Origin: Candidatus Moraniibacteriota bacterium
Lineage (GTDB): Bacteria; Patescibacteriota; Minisyncoccia; Moranbacterales; UBA9337
Assembly: GCA_023229615.1 (NCBI GenBank)
Contig: JALNYX010000003.1
Location: forward strand, 1 to 49,758
Reading direction: 5' to 3'
DNA length: 49,758 nt
The notes beneath the pieces are model-generated. The model searched no databases. It saw only the letters and a list, made by a program, of their open reading frames with translations, and was not told where the DNA came from. Positions 1 through 10,391 of this stretch are shown here, piece after piece. Position 1 is the first letter of the stretch. Each line of letters begins with the position of its first letter. The position numbers were made by a program, and so were the translations under genes.

Positions 1-789
1 TTCACTCCAAGCACTGCGACGTTTTCACTGAAAACTGCATCAGAAACCACCACCATCCAATTTGGAACATCAACCGATAAACCAATCATCGGTGATTGGG
101 ATGGAAACGGAACTGATGAAATTGGTGTTTTTCGTCCGAGCACGGCTACATTCTACTTAAGGAATGCTGCCGGAACCGGATATACCACCGTTATATTCGG
201 GGCGTCTACTGATTTGCCAATTGGATGGAAATTAAGCACGCAAACCGGTACTATATATGAATTTGAGAATGTATCAAATAATCACACTATAAATGTTACA
301 TTTTCAAGTACGACTCTCACGACCTACTCCATTACCGCTTCAGCTGGAACTAGCGGAACAATTTCTTGTTCTCCATTAACCGTAGAATATGGAGAAAGTT
401 CAACTTGCACAGCAATTGCAAATACTGGATATAACTTAACAGATTTAACTGTTGATGGGACCGCGGTTAGCATATCCACAAATCCGTATACATTTTCAAA
501 TGTCACAACAAATCACACCATAACCGCAACATTCAGTGAAATTGTATTATCAGATACTCAATCAAACATCGGAACCTTCACTCCAAGTACTGCGACTTTT
601 TCACTGAAAACTGCATCAGAAACCACCACCATCCAATTTGGAACATCAACCGATAAACCAATCATCGGTGATTGGGATGGAAACGGAACAGATGAGATTG
701 GTGTTTTTCGTCCGAGCACGGCTACGTTCTACTTAAGGAATGCTGCCGGAACCGGATATACCACCGTTGTATTCGGGGCGTCTACTGAT
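1..789 (+). repeat. Intragenic segmental duplication: 1-213 and 577-789 are about 97% identical
   Basis: Hand alignment shows only about 7 substitutions, mostly at third codon positions (agc/agt, acg/act, act/aca, gaa/gag, aca/acg, ata/gta, ttg/tta). Confidence 0.85.
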
Positions 790-1206
790 TTACCAATCAT
801 CGGTGATTGGGATGGAAATGGAACAGATGACATCGGTGTTTTTCGTCCGAGTACAGCAACGTTCCTTTTAAAGAATGGAACAGAAACCACCTCTATTCAA
901 TTTGGATCATCCACAGACAAGCCCATGATCGGCGATTGGGATGAGGATGGGATTGATGAAATTGGTGTTTTTCGTCCGAGTACTGCAACATTTTATCAAA
1001 GAAATGATTCGGGTGGATATGCCACAATTGTATTCGGAACATCTACTGATTTGTCGATAATCGGCGATTGGGATGAGGATGGGATTGATGAAATTGGTGT
1101 TTTTCGTCCGAGTACTGCAACATTTTATCAAAGAAATGATTCGGGTGGATATGCCACAACTCAGTTTGGATCAGTTGGCGATTTACCTATAATCGGAAAC
1201 TGGTAG
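1..1206 (+). CDS. Surface/secreted repeat protein, 5'-truncated by the window edge: FG-GAP/VCBS-like repeats plus an InlB-B-repeat-like beta domain
   Basis: Frame 1 is open from base 1; the ORF-track Met at 214 is internal. Five GDWD(G/E)(N/D)G..D(E/D)IGVFRPSTATF motifs. The middle segment YSITASAGTSGTISCSPLTVEYGESSTCTAIANTGYNLTDLTVDG resembles B-repeat domains. A terminator follows. Confidence 0.8.
   Translation, partial: FTPSTATFSLKTASETTTIQFGTSTDKPIIGDWDGNGTDEIGVFRPSTATFYLRNAAGTGYTTVIFGASTDLPIGWKLSTQTGTIYEFENVSNNHTINVTFSSTTLTTYSITASAGTSGTISCSPLTVEYGESSTCTAIANTGYNLTDLTVDGTAVSISTNPYTFSNVTTNHTITATFSEIVLSDTQSNIGTFTPSTATFSLKTASETTTIQFGTSTDKPIIGDWDGNGTDEIGVFRPSTATFYLRNAAGTGYTTVVFGASTDLPIIGDWDGNGTDDIGVFRPSTATFLLKNGTETTSIQFGSSTDKPMIGDWDEDGIDEIGVFRPSTATFYQRNDSGGYATIVFGTSTDLSIIGDWDEDGIDEIGVFRPSTATFYQRNDSGGYATTQFGSVGDLPIIGNW
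928..1159 (+). repeat. 100-bp perfect direct repeat (928-1027 = 1060-1159), period 132 nt = one 44-aa protein repeat
   Basis: atcggcgattgggatgaggatgggattgatgaaattggtgtttttcgtccgagtactgcaacattttatcaaagaaatgattcgggtggatatgccacaa occurs twice without mismatch. Confidence 0.9.
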
Positions 1207-1223
1207 CCCAACAAAAGAACCGG

Positions 1224-1257
1224 GGCATTTTCTCGCAATGAGAAAATGCCTTTTTTA
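1224..1257 (+). terminator. Rho-independent terminator after the repeat-protein gene
   Basis: 11-bp perfect stem ggcattttctc / gagaaaatgcc with loop gcaat, followed by tttttta. Confidence 0.8.
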
Positions 1258-1273
1258 TTTCAAATATGAGATC

Positions 1274-1302
1274 TTTACTCTCCTGCTATATATTGCTATA
1301 AT
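1274..1302 (+). promoter_or_regulatory. Sigma70-like promoter of the + strand glycosylation operon
   Basis: TTTACT-N17-TATAAT with an extended -10 (TGcTATAAT at 1294-1302), 29 nt upstream of the ATG at 1331. Confidence 0.5.
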
Positions 1303-1330
1303 TACATAAAATTAAACACAATCTAATTCA

Positions 1331-2032
1331 ATGATTTTAGAACACCAAAATAAAAAAATATTCCTTCTTATTCCTGCATACAATGAAGAAAGAAAAATAG
1401 GTCAAGTAATAGATTCCCTTAAAAAATCAGGCTATCATGATATTTTAGTTATTGACGATGGAAGCAAAGATAAAACAGCGGAATATGCTAAAAATTCCGG
1501 AGCGGAAATTTTACGTCATATAATTAATCGTGGCCAAGGGGCTTCACTCAGGACAGGAATTGAATATTTGCGAGAAGAATACAATCCCGATATCATCGTC
1601 ACCTTTGATGCAGATGGGCAACATCGAGTAGAAGATATTGCATTATTATTAAAACCGGTTATTGATAATGAATTTGATATCGCACTGGGATCAAGATTTT
1701 TGTGCAAAAAATGCCACATGACTCCGATGCGTAAACTTATCTTAAAGGCTGGAATAATTTTTACCAGACTCATTTCAAGAATAAACCTAACTGATACCCA
1801 TAATGGATTTCGAGCTCTTGGAAGAAAAGCGATTGATTCTATAAAAATTTCCCACCGAGGAATGGAGCATGCTTCTGATATTATTGATGAAATATCCGTA
1901 AAAAAACTTAAATACAAGGAAGTTCCAACGGAAATAATTTATTCCAAATATTCTATTCAAAAGGGAACTAATAAAAATATTGACTTCATTAAAATGGGAA
2001 TTAAAATAATTTTAAATAAAATTTTATCATGA
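1331..2032 (+). CDS. GT2 glycosyltransferase (polyprenol-phosphate sugar transferase-like)
   Basis: IPAYNEE...VIDDGSKDKT...FDADGQH motifs (GT-A fold with DxD). ATGA overlap with the next gene. Confidence 0.85.
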   Translation: MILEHQNKKIFLLIPAYNEERKIGQVIDSLKKSGYHDILVIDDGSKDKTAEYAKNSGAEILRHIINRGQGASLRTGIEYLREEYNPDIIVTFDADGQHRVEDIALLLKPVIDNEFDIALGSRFLCKKCHMTPMRKLILKAGIIFTRLISRINLTDTHNGFRALGRKAIDSIKISHRGMEHASDIIDEISVKKLKYKEVPTEIIYSKYSIQKGTNKNIDFIKMGIKIILNKILS

Positions 2033-2370
2033 ACATATTAACACTTATTATCGCTATTTTTGTTATATTTGCCATTTCAAGGGTATTTTTAAGGTATAAG
2101 GGAAAAGAAATTTCCTTACGAGAAATGATTTTTTGGAATTTTATATGGATGATTGTACTAATTGTTGTTTTATTTCCCAATCTAACGACAAATATTGCAA
2201 AAATAATCGGAATAGGAAGAGGGGTTGATACGGCGTTTTTTATTTCAATACTTTTATTATTTTATTTAATTTTTAGATTATATGTAAAAATCGATAAAAT
2301 AGACAAAGATATTACGGAGTTAACGATACAGACATCAAAAATAATTCACAAACAAGAAAGAAAAAGATAA
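2029..2370 (+). CDS. Small 3-4 TM membrane protein (DUF2304-like partner of the preceding GT2)
   Basis: 113 aa, hydrophobic helices followed by a charged tail. Translationally coupled (ATGA) to the GT2 gene. Confidence 0.65.
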   Translation: MNILTLIIAIFVIFAISRVFLRYKGKEISLREMIFWNFIWMIVLIVVLFPNLTTNIAKIIGIGRGVDTAFFISILLLFYLIFRLYVKIDKIDKDITELTIQTSKIIHKQERKR

Positions 2371-2385
2371 AACCAGAAAAAGAAT

Positions 2386-3507
2386 ATGAAAATTTGCCTA
2401 GTAACAGAACACTTTCCTCCCCACATTGGAGGAGTAGAGATTGCATTCCACGAATATGCCAAAATACTTTCACAAAAAGGACACACTGTTCGAGTAATTA
2501 CAAGCAACTCTGGAGGAATAACAGGAAAAATAAATTCTACAAATAATCTTGAAATTTACCATCTAAAATGCAAGTCTTTTTTTGGTCATCCTATTATTTC
2601 AAAAAAAGAATTAAAAAAACATATCGAATGGGCGGACATAGTCCATACCACAACATTCACAGCCGCCTTGCCCGCAGTTAATCTTTCTTGTGCATACAAA
2701 AAACCTTGCGTCATTATGGTGCATGAAGTTTTGAAGGAAAAATGGTTTCAAATTGAAAAAAATCCAGTAAAGGCTCTTGCATTTTTAATTTTCGAAAAAT
2801 TTGTACTTAGCAAAAAATACACTGCGTGGCACACAATTTCTCAAGCTACAAGAAACGACCTGGAAAAATACAAGATACCAAAAGAAAAAATAAAATTAAT
2901 TTATCATGGAATAGATTACAACATCTGGAACAATCACATAAAAGAAAAAAGCCTGAATGAATTATTTAATATAGACAAGGATGATTTAATATTTTTTTAC
3001 AGTGGTCGTCCTGGAAAAACAAAGGGAACATTTCTGCTTCTTGAGGCAATTAACAAGATAAGAAATGACATCCCAAAAAATTTCAAATTTGGATTCATGC
3101 TCAGCAAAGACCCAGAGGAAGAAAGAATTTCATTTGAAAAAATAGTAAGAACACACAAACTTAATAATCTTATTAAAATAAGCGATTCTCTTCCCTATCA
3201 AGAAATACCAGCATATAGAAAAAATTCATTTGCATTCATTGTTCCATCCTTAACAGAAGGATTTGGTTTTTCCGCCGCTGAAGCTTCGGCACTCAATATC
3301 CCTATCATATCAAGCGACACTGGATCACTTCCTGAAGTAACTAGTGGGAAATTATTAATATTCAAAAGCGGAGATTCAAATGATTTATCAAGAAAAATAT
3401 TGATGGCTACTCAAAATAAATTCAACATTATTCCGGAAAAAAAGTTTTATTGGAACGACTCAATAATTAAAATTGAAAAGTTATACAATGAACTATTAAA
3501 AAAATGA
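2386..3507 (+). CDS. GT4 (GT-B fold) glycosyltransferase
   Basis: MKICLVTEHFPPHIGGVE N-terminus. PSLTEGFGFSAAEASALNIPIISSDTGSLPEV (E-x7-E region). Confidence 0.85.
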   Translation: MKICLVTEHFPPHIGGVEIAFHEYAKILSQKGHTVRVITSNSGGITGKINSTNNLEIYHLKCKSFFGHPIISKKELKKHIEWADIVHTTTFTAALPAVNLSCAYKKPCVIMVHEVLKEKWFQIEKNPVKALAFLIFEKFVLSKKYTAWHTISQATRNDLEKYKIPKEKIKLIYHGIDYNIWNNHIKEKSLNELFNIDKDDLIFFYSGRPGKTKGTFLLLEAINKIRNDIPKNFKFGFMLSKDPEEERISFEKIVRTHKLNNLIKISDSLPYQEIPAYRKNSFAFIVPSLTEGFGFSAAEASALNIPIISSDTGSLPEVTSGKLLIFKSGDSNDLSRKILMATQNKFNIIPEKKFYWNDSIIKIEKLYNELLKK

Positions 3508-4436
3508 ATAAAGTAATAATTTGCATACCAACCTATAATCGAACTGAGCAGATAAATAGCCTTTTTAAGGATCTATCAAAACAAGAAGATCAAAAATTTT
3601 CAGTTGTCATCTTGAATGACGGCGCGAATGCAGACACCAAAAAAATTCTACAAAATAAAAATCCTGCCTTCAAATTCTACCTTTTCGAGTCGTCAAGACC
3701 AAGTGGACTCCCTTGCGCAAGGAACAAAATACTTGATTTTATTAAAAGAAATAAAATCGACAACAATGGAACATTTGTAGCTTTTCTTGATGATGACCTG
3801 ATTATTGATAAAAATTTTATTTCACAAATAAAAAAATATTCCGAAAAATTTGATGGGTTTTGTTTTAGAATTATTCAAAGGGGATCTGCTACTACTTTCG
3901 ATTTTACTAAAAATGAAGCATTGAAAAAAATATTCTCTCCTTTAATCGGAACCATTTCTCCGTTTTTTGGATTTTTCTTCGGGGGCTACTACATAAAAAC
4001 GAATAAGATAGTAAAAATAGACCATTTGAACGGAGGATGTTTAATTTATAATTTTTCAAAAAATAAAAACGAACGGTTTGATTTAAGTTTAAACGAGGGA
4101 AACTTTGTCGCTGAAGACACTTGTTTTTCATATGGACTCAAACTTAAAGGAAATGACCTCAGATTTATTGGAAACTACAGCTATATACATAATCCGCCCG
4201 ATACCGGAGGTTGCAGGATAGAAGATAAAAAAGAAAGCTTTTATTGGTATTGGAAACACAAGTTATATATTTTCAAAAAATATCATGGCTTCCCTATTCT
4301 ACTACTAGCTCTATTTTTTTCTTTCCTGGAAAGCATTATACTGTCTATAATATTTAAAACAAATCTCATTGAAAAATACATTAAAGCTACAAAAACATAT
4401 GCCAAAAATTTCAGTCATAATGGCTGCTTGGAATGA
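3504..4436 (+). CDS. GT2 glycosyltransferase with C-terminal membrane segment
   Basis: ICIPTYNRTEQ...VVILNDGANADT...FLDDDL. C-terminal ILLLALFFSFLESIILSIIF helix. Confidence 0.8.
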   Translation: MNKVIICIPTYNRTEQINSLFKDLSKQEDQKFSVVILNDGANADTKKILQNKNPAFKFYLFESSRPSGLPCARNKILDFIKRNKIDNNGTFVAFLDDDLIIDKNFISQIKKYSEKFDGFCFRIIQRGSATTFDFTKNEALKKIFSPLIGTISPFFGFFFGGYYIKTNKIVKIDHLNGGCLIYNFSKNKNERFDLSLNEGNFVAEDTCFSYGLKLKGNDLRFIGNYSYIHNPPDTGGCRIEDKKESFYWYWKHKLYIFKKYHGFPILLLALFFSFLESIILSIIFKTNLIEKYIKATKTYAKNFSHNGCLE

Positions 4437-5193
4437 ACAAAAAATCTTTCTGAAAAAATCCATCGAAAGCATTTTAAATCAAACATTTACTGATCTTGAG
4501 TTTATTATAATAGACAATAACAGCCCAGAGGAAAACTCTGCCCTATTGGATAGTTACGCAAAAAAAGATAATCGCATTATTATCATAAGAAACAAAACCA
4601 ATATAGGACTGACAAAATCACTAAATATAGCAATAAAAAAATCCCAGGGAGAATTTATCGCAAGAATGGATGGTGATGACATATCGCTTCCAGATAGACT
4701 CTCCGAACAACTATCATTTCTCAAAAAAAATCCAACCATTGATATCATTGGAGCTAATTGCAATTTTATAAACAAAAACGATGAAATAATTAAGAAAAAA
4801 ACGATCAAGCGACCATCTAATATAAAAACTAAACTATTTAAGGGAAATTTTTTTACCCACAGCACATTTTTTGGCAAAAGAAAAGCTTTCGAGGAATTGT
4901 ATAATGAAAACTTCAAAAGAGCCCAGGATTATGAATTCCTCCTTAGGTTGGCCGGAAAAGGGTACGAGATAGATTATCTAGAAGACATTTTGTTAAATTA
5001 CCGCATAAATAAAGATGGAGTATCATTTGTTAATTCAAAAGAACAGGAGCTATTCTCCCTAAAAGCAAGAATTATTGCTATACTTAATTATAATTATAAT
5101 CCACTCTTATTTCCTTATATACTAAAAGGAGCATTAAGCTTTTTACTTCCATGTAAATTAAAACATCTTATTAATTTTAAGGCACTGCTATGA
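4399..5193 (+). CDS. GT2 glycosyltransferase
   Basis: MPKISVIMAAWNE...IIIDNNSPEEN...RMDGDDISLPDRL. The ORF track starts at 4369, but Met 4399 or 4420 gives a normal overlap with the upstream gene. Confidence 0.8.
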   Translation: MPKISVIMAAWNEQKIFLKKSIESILNQTFTDLEFIIIDNNSPEENSALLDSYAKKDNRIIIIRNKTNIGLTKSLNIAIKKSQGEFIARMDGDDISLPDRLSEQLSFLKKNPTIDIIGANCNFINKNDEIIKKKTIKRPSNIKTKLFKGNFFTHSTFFGKRKAFEELYNENFKRAQDYEFLLRLAGKGYEIDYLEDILLNYRINKDGVSFVNSKEQELFSLKARIIAILNYNYNPLLFPYILKGALSFLLPCKLKHLINFKALL

Positions 5194-6296
5194 AAAATAA
5201 ATTAATTCTATTTTTTACACTCGGGACATCCTTGGACGATTGGAATAAAAATGGAAGCATCGATCGCGAAATAAATATATATAAAAAACTCCTAATATAT
5301 TTTGATGAAATATATTTTTTGACATACGGAAAAAATGACCGCAAATATTCTTACATGCTTCCAGAAAATATAAAAATACTGCCTAAAAAAATAAGTGTCA
5401 ATAATTTTCTATATTCGCTACTTATTCCATATTTATATAAAAAAGAAATAAAAGAATCAAACTGGCTGAAAACCAATCAAATGATCGGGGGTTGGAGTGC
5501 CATAATCTCAAAATATGTTTTCAATAAAAAAATAAACATGAGAACTGGATACACCCAAAGTCTTTTCCTTTTAGATTCAAGCATATTTAAAAAAATTTTA
5601 ATATACTTAATAGAACTATTGTCATATAGATTTGCAAATTTTTCAACCGTTACCAGCGAACATCAAAGAAGATATATCTCCAATAGATACAATGCTAAAA
5701 ATATGCATATTATTCCAAATGGAATAGATATTAATCTATTTAAGCCACTTAAAAATACAACCATTCAAAACAAAACAAAGCTTCTTTTTATCGGGAGATT
5801 GCATCCAGAAAAAAACATCATTAATTTAGTAAATGCAATACAAAATATTCCAAATATATCATTGGAAATAATTGGAAACAGCGGTATATTAAAAAACAAC
5901 ATATTGAAATTACGTAAAAAATATAAATTAAGTATCTCCCTAAGCGCCAACATTCCTAATTCTTCCCTTCCGAAAATATATTCAGAAGCTGATATATATA
6001 TTCAACCTTCCTTATATGAAGGCAATCCAAAAACAATCCTAGAGGCAATGAGCTGTGGATTGCCCGTAATTGCTTCAAATATTGATGGGACAAAAAATAT
6101 AATAAAACATAAGGAAAATGGCTTTTTATGTGAAACATGTTCAAATTCAATAAAAAATGCCATACTAACACTGAAAAATAATAATAAACTTAGAGATATT
6201 ATTGGATCAAAAGCAAGGAAATACATCAAAAAAAATTACGCGCTGGATAAATGCATCGAAAAAGAAATAAAATTATATGAAAGATATTCCCAATGA
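5190..6296 (+). CDS. GT4 glycosyltransferase
   Basis: PSLYEGNPKTILEAMSCGLPVIASNIDG motif. ATGA coupling to the upstream gene. Confidence 0.85.
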   Translation: MKNKLILFFTLGTSLDDWNKNGSIDREINIYKKLLIYFDEIYFLTYGKNDRKYSYMLPENIKILPKKISVNNFLYSLLIPYLYKKEIKESNWLKTNQMIGGWSAIISKYVFNKKINMRTGYTQSLFLLDSSIFKKILIYLIELLSYRFANFSTVTSEHQRRYISNRYNAKNMHIIPNGIDINLFKPLKNTTIQNKTKLLFIGRLHPEKNIINLVNAIQNIPNISLEIIGNSGILKNNILKLRKKYKLSISLSANIPNSSLPKIYSEADIYIQPSLYEGNPKTILEAMSCGLPVIASNIDGTKNIIKHKENGFLCETCSNSIKNAILTLKNNNKLRDIIGSKARKYIKKNYALDKCIEKEIKLYERYSQ

Positions 6297-7914
6297 TAAA
6301 GTAAGAAATTTCATATTCGAAAACAGATGGATAATATTAGCTTCCATTTTTTTTATTATCTGGAAATTTTTTTTAATTGGCGTCCTATGGAATGACCGAA
6401 ACATTCCTCCCGAACCAGATGATGCATATATTTACATTGGAAATATAAATTCAGTAGCGCAGTGCGACAAAATATTATGCAACTATCCATACATATCATT
6501 AAAAAACTATACCGGGTACACATATTTATCCTATCGGGTTTTTTTTGGATTAATTTCTAAAATATCGAGGATTGATCCGACTACAATTTTTTATTTAAGT
6601 TTTTATTTTGGAATATTAATATTATTGCCTGTTCTTATTTACTTTCTTAAATCATTAACTCGCAATAAAAATATAATTGCTCTTTCGATTTTTTTCCTCT
6701 CCTTGTATAACGGCAGTGGCGCATATCATGGTTTTTTTTGGGTTGTTCCGAGTTTTTTTTCAGTACTTCTGTTCATGCTTATATTTTCTACATTAATGCA
6801 AAATATTAAACATTGGAAATTGATATTTCTAATACTACTACCTATTTTTATATACATGCATCCTTCGAGCATATTTTCATTAACAGCATTTATCATATTC
6901 TTCATTATCTATAGCTATCTCGAAAAAAAAATGGATAAAACTATCCTCAAAAAAATTATCTTTCTATTATTAATCGCATCTATATCTTATTCATTGCCAG
7001 CACTTTTTATAGATAAAAATCCACTGGGAGTGAAAAATACAATAGAATCAATTGTACAAAAAAAACAATCCATAAAATCCATTACGAGCGTTGTTCCAGT
7101 TTCAACAACAACAAAAGAAGAAGAAAAGAAAATAACAACTATACCAAAATTAAAAAATGATGAAATTTTTCCTGGATTAAAATCTATAACAAAGAATTAT
7201 TTAAGATGGATATTCCCTCATTATATACTCATAGCTCCATTCATATTAACTATTTTTATGCTTATTTTCTATAAAGAAATAAAATTAATTTCCCTATATT
7301 TATCACTCTTTTTATTTGTATTATTTTCATCGCTAAACATTTACGGGTCCAGATCCCTTGCTTTTATTTGGCCCATAACATTCATACTATACTCTTTCGG
7401 TTTTTGGCACTCTATTGAATTCATAAATAAACACATAAAAAACAAGGTTATCTCAAGATTAATAAAAATAATTGCATACGCATCTGTGTCATTTTTTATA
7501 ATAATAAATATTTTGTATTCTTTTTTATGGAATCAGTATACCAATAATAGAAATGACATACATATAGATAAAAACTTTTCAAGATATCTTTTGGATAATG
7601 GAGAAAAAAATGATCAGTTTATATATCTTGAAAAAGTTCTCTTCTCATATTCACTTTCAACTCCGCTAATTAATAGAATCCACACGGAGATACCCGATTC
7701 CGCTAAATATCTAGTAGCATTAGACACTCAAAGCAATGCATCCGGACAAGTAGCTAACATCGACAAATTCTATGGTATAATTTCAAAAGTACTAAAACGT
7801 GAAAGAAAAAACATTCAACTGCCGCAAAAAAAGGAAATCCCTGCTAATTTTAAATTGGATAAAGAATTTGAATCAATAAAAATATACATAAACACACTAA
7901 AATATACTCAATGA
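6277..7914 (+). CDS. Polytopic membrane protein (possible GT-C glycosyltransferase or polymerase)
   Basis: 545 aa with more than 10 hydrophobic segments and a central Thr/Lys/Glu-rich loop. Embedded in the GT operon. Confidence 0.6.
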   Translation: MKDIPNDKVRNFIFENRWIILASIFFIIWKFFLIGVLWNDRNIPPEPDDAYIYIGNINSVAQCDKILCNYPYISLKNYTGYTYLSYRVFFGLISKISRIDPTTIFYLSFYFGILILLPVLIYFLKSLTRNKNIIALSIFFLSLYNGSGAYHGFFWVVPSFFSVLLFMLIFSTLMQNIKHWKLIFLILLPIFIYMHPSSIFSLTAFIIFFIIYSYLEKKMDKTILKKIIFLLLIASISYSLPALFIDKNPLGVKNTIESIVQKKQSIKSITSVVPVSTTTKEEEKKITTIPKLKNDEIFPGLKSITKNYLRWIFPHYILIAPFILTIFMLIFYKEIKLISLYLSLFLFVLFSSLNIYGSRSLAFIWPITFILYSFGFWHSIEFINKHIKNKVISRLIKIIAYASVSFFIIINILYSFLWNQYTNNRNDIHIDKNFSRYLLDNGEKNDQFIYLEKVLFSYSLSTPLINRIHTEIPDSAKYLVALDTQSNASGQVANIDKFYGIISKVLKRERKNIQLPQKKEIPANFKLDKEFESIKIYINTLKYTQ

Positions 7915-8714
7915 AATATTTTGATAAAATAAACAATCAACTCATTTTTATAAAGAAAAAATCTACCCCGATGTTTTGGGACAAACACTGGGAAAATTTC
8001 GATATTTCCAATGAAATAAAAAAAGGGTCCAGAGATCAATTTATATCAAGAATAACAAAACGATACATTACGCCATCAACTACTAAAAAAATATTAGAAG
8101 GAGGGTGCGGAATGGGGCAATTCGTTTATTCATTGGAAATTAATGGGTACAATGCCTATGGAATAGATTATGCGAAAAAGACCATCAAAAAAATAAATGA
8201 ATCGATGCCAAGTCTAAAAATATCATTTGGGAATGTACAAAATACCCAATTTCCTGATAATTTTTTCCATGGATACTGGTCACTAGGAGTAATCGAACAT
8301 TTTTTTGAAGGATATGACAATATAATCAGTGAGATGAGTAGGATAATAAAACCCAAGGGCTATCTCTTTATCACATTTCCATACATGTCGCCTATACGAA
8401 AAATAAAATCCAGATTTGGATTATATACCATCTTTTCAAGAAAAAAATTTCAAAAAAATGATTTCTATCAATTTGCTCTTGACTATAAAAAAGTACAACG
8501 AGATATAGAAAAAAAAGGATTTAGTCTAGTCAAAAAAATGCCTTTTGATGGTATAAAGGGCTTAAAGGATGAAATAACTATCATAAAACCATTATTGCAA
8601 AAAATATATGACAGTCAGAATATTTTCATACGTATCTTAAAAATAACCATTTCAGCATTATTCTCCCCCCTAACTAGCCACTCCATTCTATTAGTATTTA
8701 AAAAAAATGATTAA
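7911..8714 (+). CDS. Class I SAM-dependent methyltransferase
   Basis: Motif I ILEGGCGMGQF. Post-I GIDYA. Confidence 0.8.
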   Translation: MKYFDKINNQLIFIKKKSTPMFWDKHWENFDISNEIKKGSRDQFISRITKRYITPSTTKKILEGGCGMGQFVYSLEINGYNAYGIDYAKKTIKKINESMPSLKISFGNVQNTQFPDNFFHGYWSLGVIEHFFEGYDNIISEMSRIIKPKGYLFITFPYMSPIRKIKSRFGLYTIFSRKKFQKNDFYQFALDYKKVQRDIEKKGFSLVKKMPFDGIKGLKDEITIIKPLLQKIYDSQNIFIRILKITISALFSPLTSHSILLVFKKND

Positions 8715-9333
8715 ATTATTAATTCAATTCTTTGTCCATATAAACAATTTCTCTTATAAAGTGATTAGTGTTTTGGTTGTAAAAGAAGGGAAAGGAATTC
8801 ACCCAAAACACACAATAATAAAGTATCACGACTTTTTTATAGAAAATACATCAAACAATGATAAGGTACTCGATATTGGTTGCGGGAATGGATCCGTTGC
8901 TTTCGATTTATCAAAAAAAGCAATGTCTGTTATAGCCATCGACATCGTAAGAAACAACATCAATACGGCCAAAAAAAAGTTTACTAACAATAATCTTAAA
9001 TATATACTAGGAGATGCAACGACTTATAATTTTAATAGAAAATTTGATATCGTTATTCTTTCAAATGTTTTAGAACACATTGAAAAAAGAATTGAATTTC
9101 TTTCAAAAATAAGCATTCTGGCTCCGAAAATTCTTATTCGCGTTCCCCTACTTACCCGCGAGTGGCTCTCCGTGTACAAAAAAGAAATCGGGATGGAATA
9201 TAGACTTGATAGCACTCATTTCATTGAATACACAGAAGAAAATTTCGCCAGTGAAATAAGCGCATCTGGGATGAGAATAGTCAGCTACTATGTAAAATTT
9301 GGAGAATTATATGCTATTGTAGAAAAAAAATGA
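8707..9333 (+). CDS. Class I SAM-dependent methyltransferase
   Basis: VLDIGCGNGSVAFDL, AIDI, ILSNVLEHI motifs. Confidence 0.8.
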   Translation: MIKLLIQFFVHINNFSYKVISVLVVKEGKGIHPKHTIIKYHDFFIENTSNNDKVLDIGCGNGSVAFDLSKKAMSVIAIDIVRNNINTAKKKFTNNNLKYILGDATTYNFNRKFDIVILSNVLEHIEKRIEFLSKISILAPKILIRVPLLTREWLSVYKKEIGMEYRLDSTHFIEYTEENFASEISASGMRIVSYYVKFGELYAIVEKK

Positions 9334-10391
9334 TATTAAACACATATCTTACATTTATAAAAGATTCTTTTCTAAATATTTTTCTTAGTAAAAACTATGA
9401 TCTTTTTTATGTTGTGGAAAATGCAAACTGGTCAACGGACTGGGATGGAAAATATATAGTAGATAATTTAAACAAACAAAAACTAATCAGAAGCAGAATT
9501 ACAACGACAACATTTGGGTTGAGGAATAAAATACTGCATTTTGGCTCAGTAAATACATTTATTTCTGAGAATGGTCCGAAAATAATTCATCCATCAAACA
9601 AAATAATCCTCACTTGGTTTCACGTATCTCCAAATGATCCAAGAATAAAATACATTCCAGAATTAAATACCAAGGCACAAGCAATTCACACATCTTGCAA
9701 TTTAACAAAAAATAAGCTCATCCAGTTAGGTCTAGAAGAAGAAAAAATCATTGTTATTCCATTAGGCGTTGATTTGAGCATATTTCAACCATGCACATCT
9801 TCCGAAAAATTAAAAATAAGAAAAGAACTTGGACTTCCTCAAAATAAAATAATCATTGGGTCATTTCAAAAAGACGGCAACGGATGGAAGGAAGGACTAA
9901 CACCAAAAATGATCAAAGGTCCGGATATTTTCTGCGATATCATCGAAAGATTAGCGGAAAGATTGCCAATCTATGCTTTATTAACCGGTCCCGCAAGAGG
10001 CTATGTAAAAAAAAGGCTCGAAAATGCACACATTCCCTATAAACATAAGTTTTTAAAAAATTATCCCGATATCATAAATTTTTATAAAGCATTGGATCTT
10101 TATTTGGTAACATCTAGGGCGGAAGGCGGCCCAAAAGCCCTTCTAGAGTCAATGGCATGCGGAATTCCCATCATTTCCACTTCCGTCGGAATGACTCCTG
10201 ACATAATAATTGATTTACAAAATGGAATAATAATTGACACTGATATAAAAAATTCAACTGAAAAAATTATTTCTCTTATTGAGGACAATGAGAAGCTGGA
10301 AAAAATATTAAAGAAAGAAATTGAGGCCATAAAAAAATTTAATTGGGAAAAAATAGCAATAGAATATTTTGAAAAAATATATGAAAAATAA
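9330..10391 (+). CDS. GT4 glycosyltransferase
   Basis: TSRAEGGPKALLESMACGIPIISTSVGMTPD motif. Confidence 0.85.
   Translation: MILNTYLTFIKDSFLNIFLSKNYDLFYVVENANWSTDWDGKYIVDNLNKQKLIRSRITTTTFGLRNKILHFGSVNTFISENGPKIIHPSNKIILTWFHVSPNDPRIKYIPELNTKAQAIHTSCNLTKNKLIQLGLEEEKIIVIPLGVDLSIFQPCTSSEKLKIRKELGLPQNKIIIGSFQKDGNGWKEGLTPKMIKGPDIFCDIIERLAERLPIYALLTGPARGYVKKRLENAHIPYKHKFLKNYPDIINFYKALDLYLVTSRAEGGPKALLESMACGIPIISTSVGMTPDIIIDLQNGIIIDTDIKNSTEKIISLIEDNEKLEKILKKEIEAIKKFNWEKIAIEYFEKIYEK

Noticed and set aside
4369-4398. Upstream extension of the GT2 gene (ORF-track start at 4369, a 68-nt overlap with the preceding gene).
   Set aside because: The GT2 signature begins right after Met 4399 (MPKISVIMAAWNE). 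The extension overlaps the C-terminus of the upstream gene far more than any other junction in the operon does.
2029-9333. Alternative genetic code (UGA recoded, as in some CPR lineages).
   Set aside because: TGA ends well-supported genes exactly at ATGA start/stop overlaps (2029-2032, 3504-3507, 5190-5193, 7911-7914, 9330-9333), and proteins have normal lengths. Standard code 11 fits. The single in-frame TAG at 12095 is reported separately as a local anomaly.
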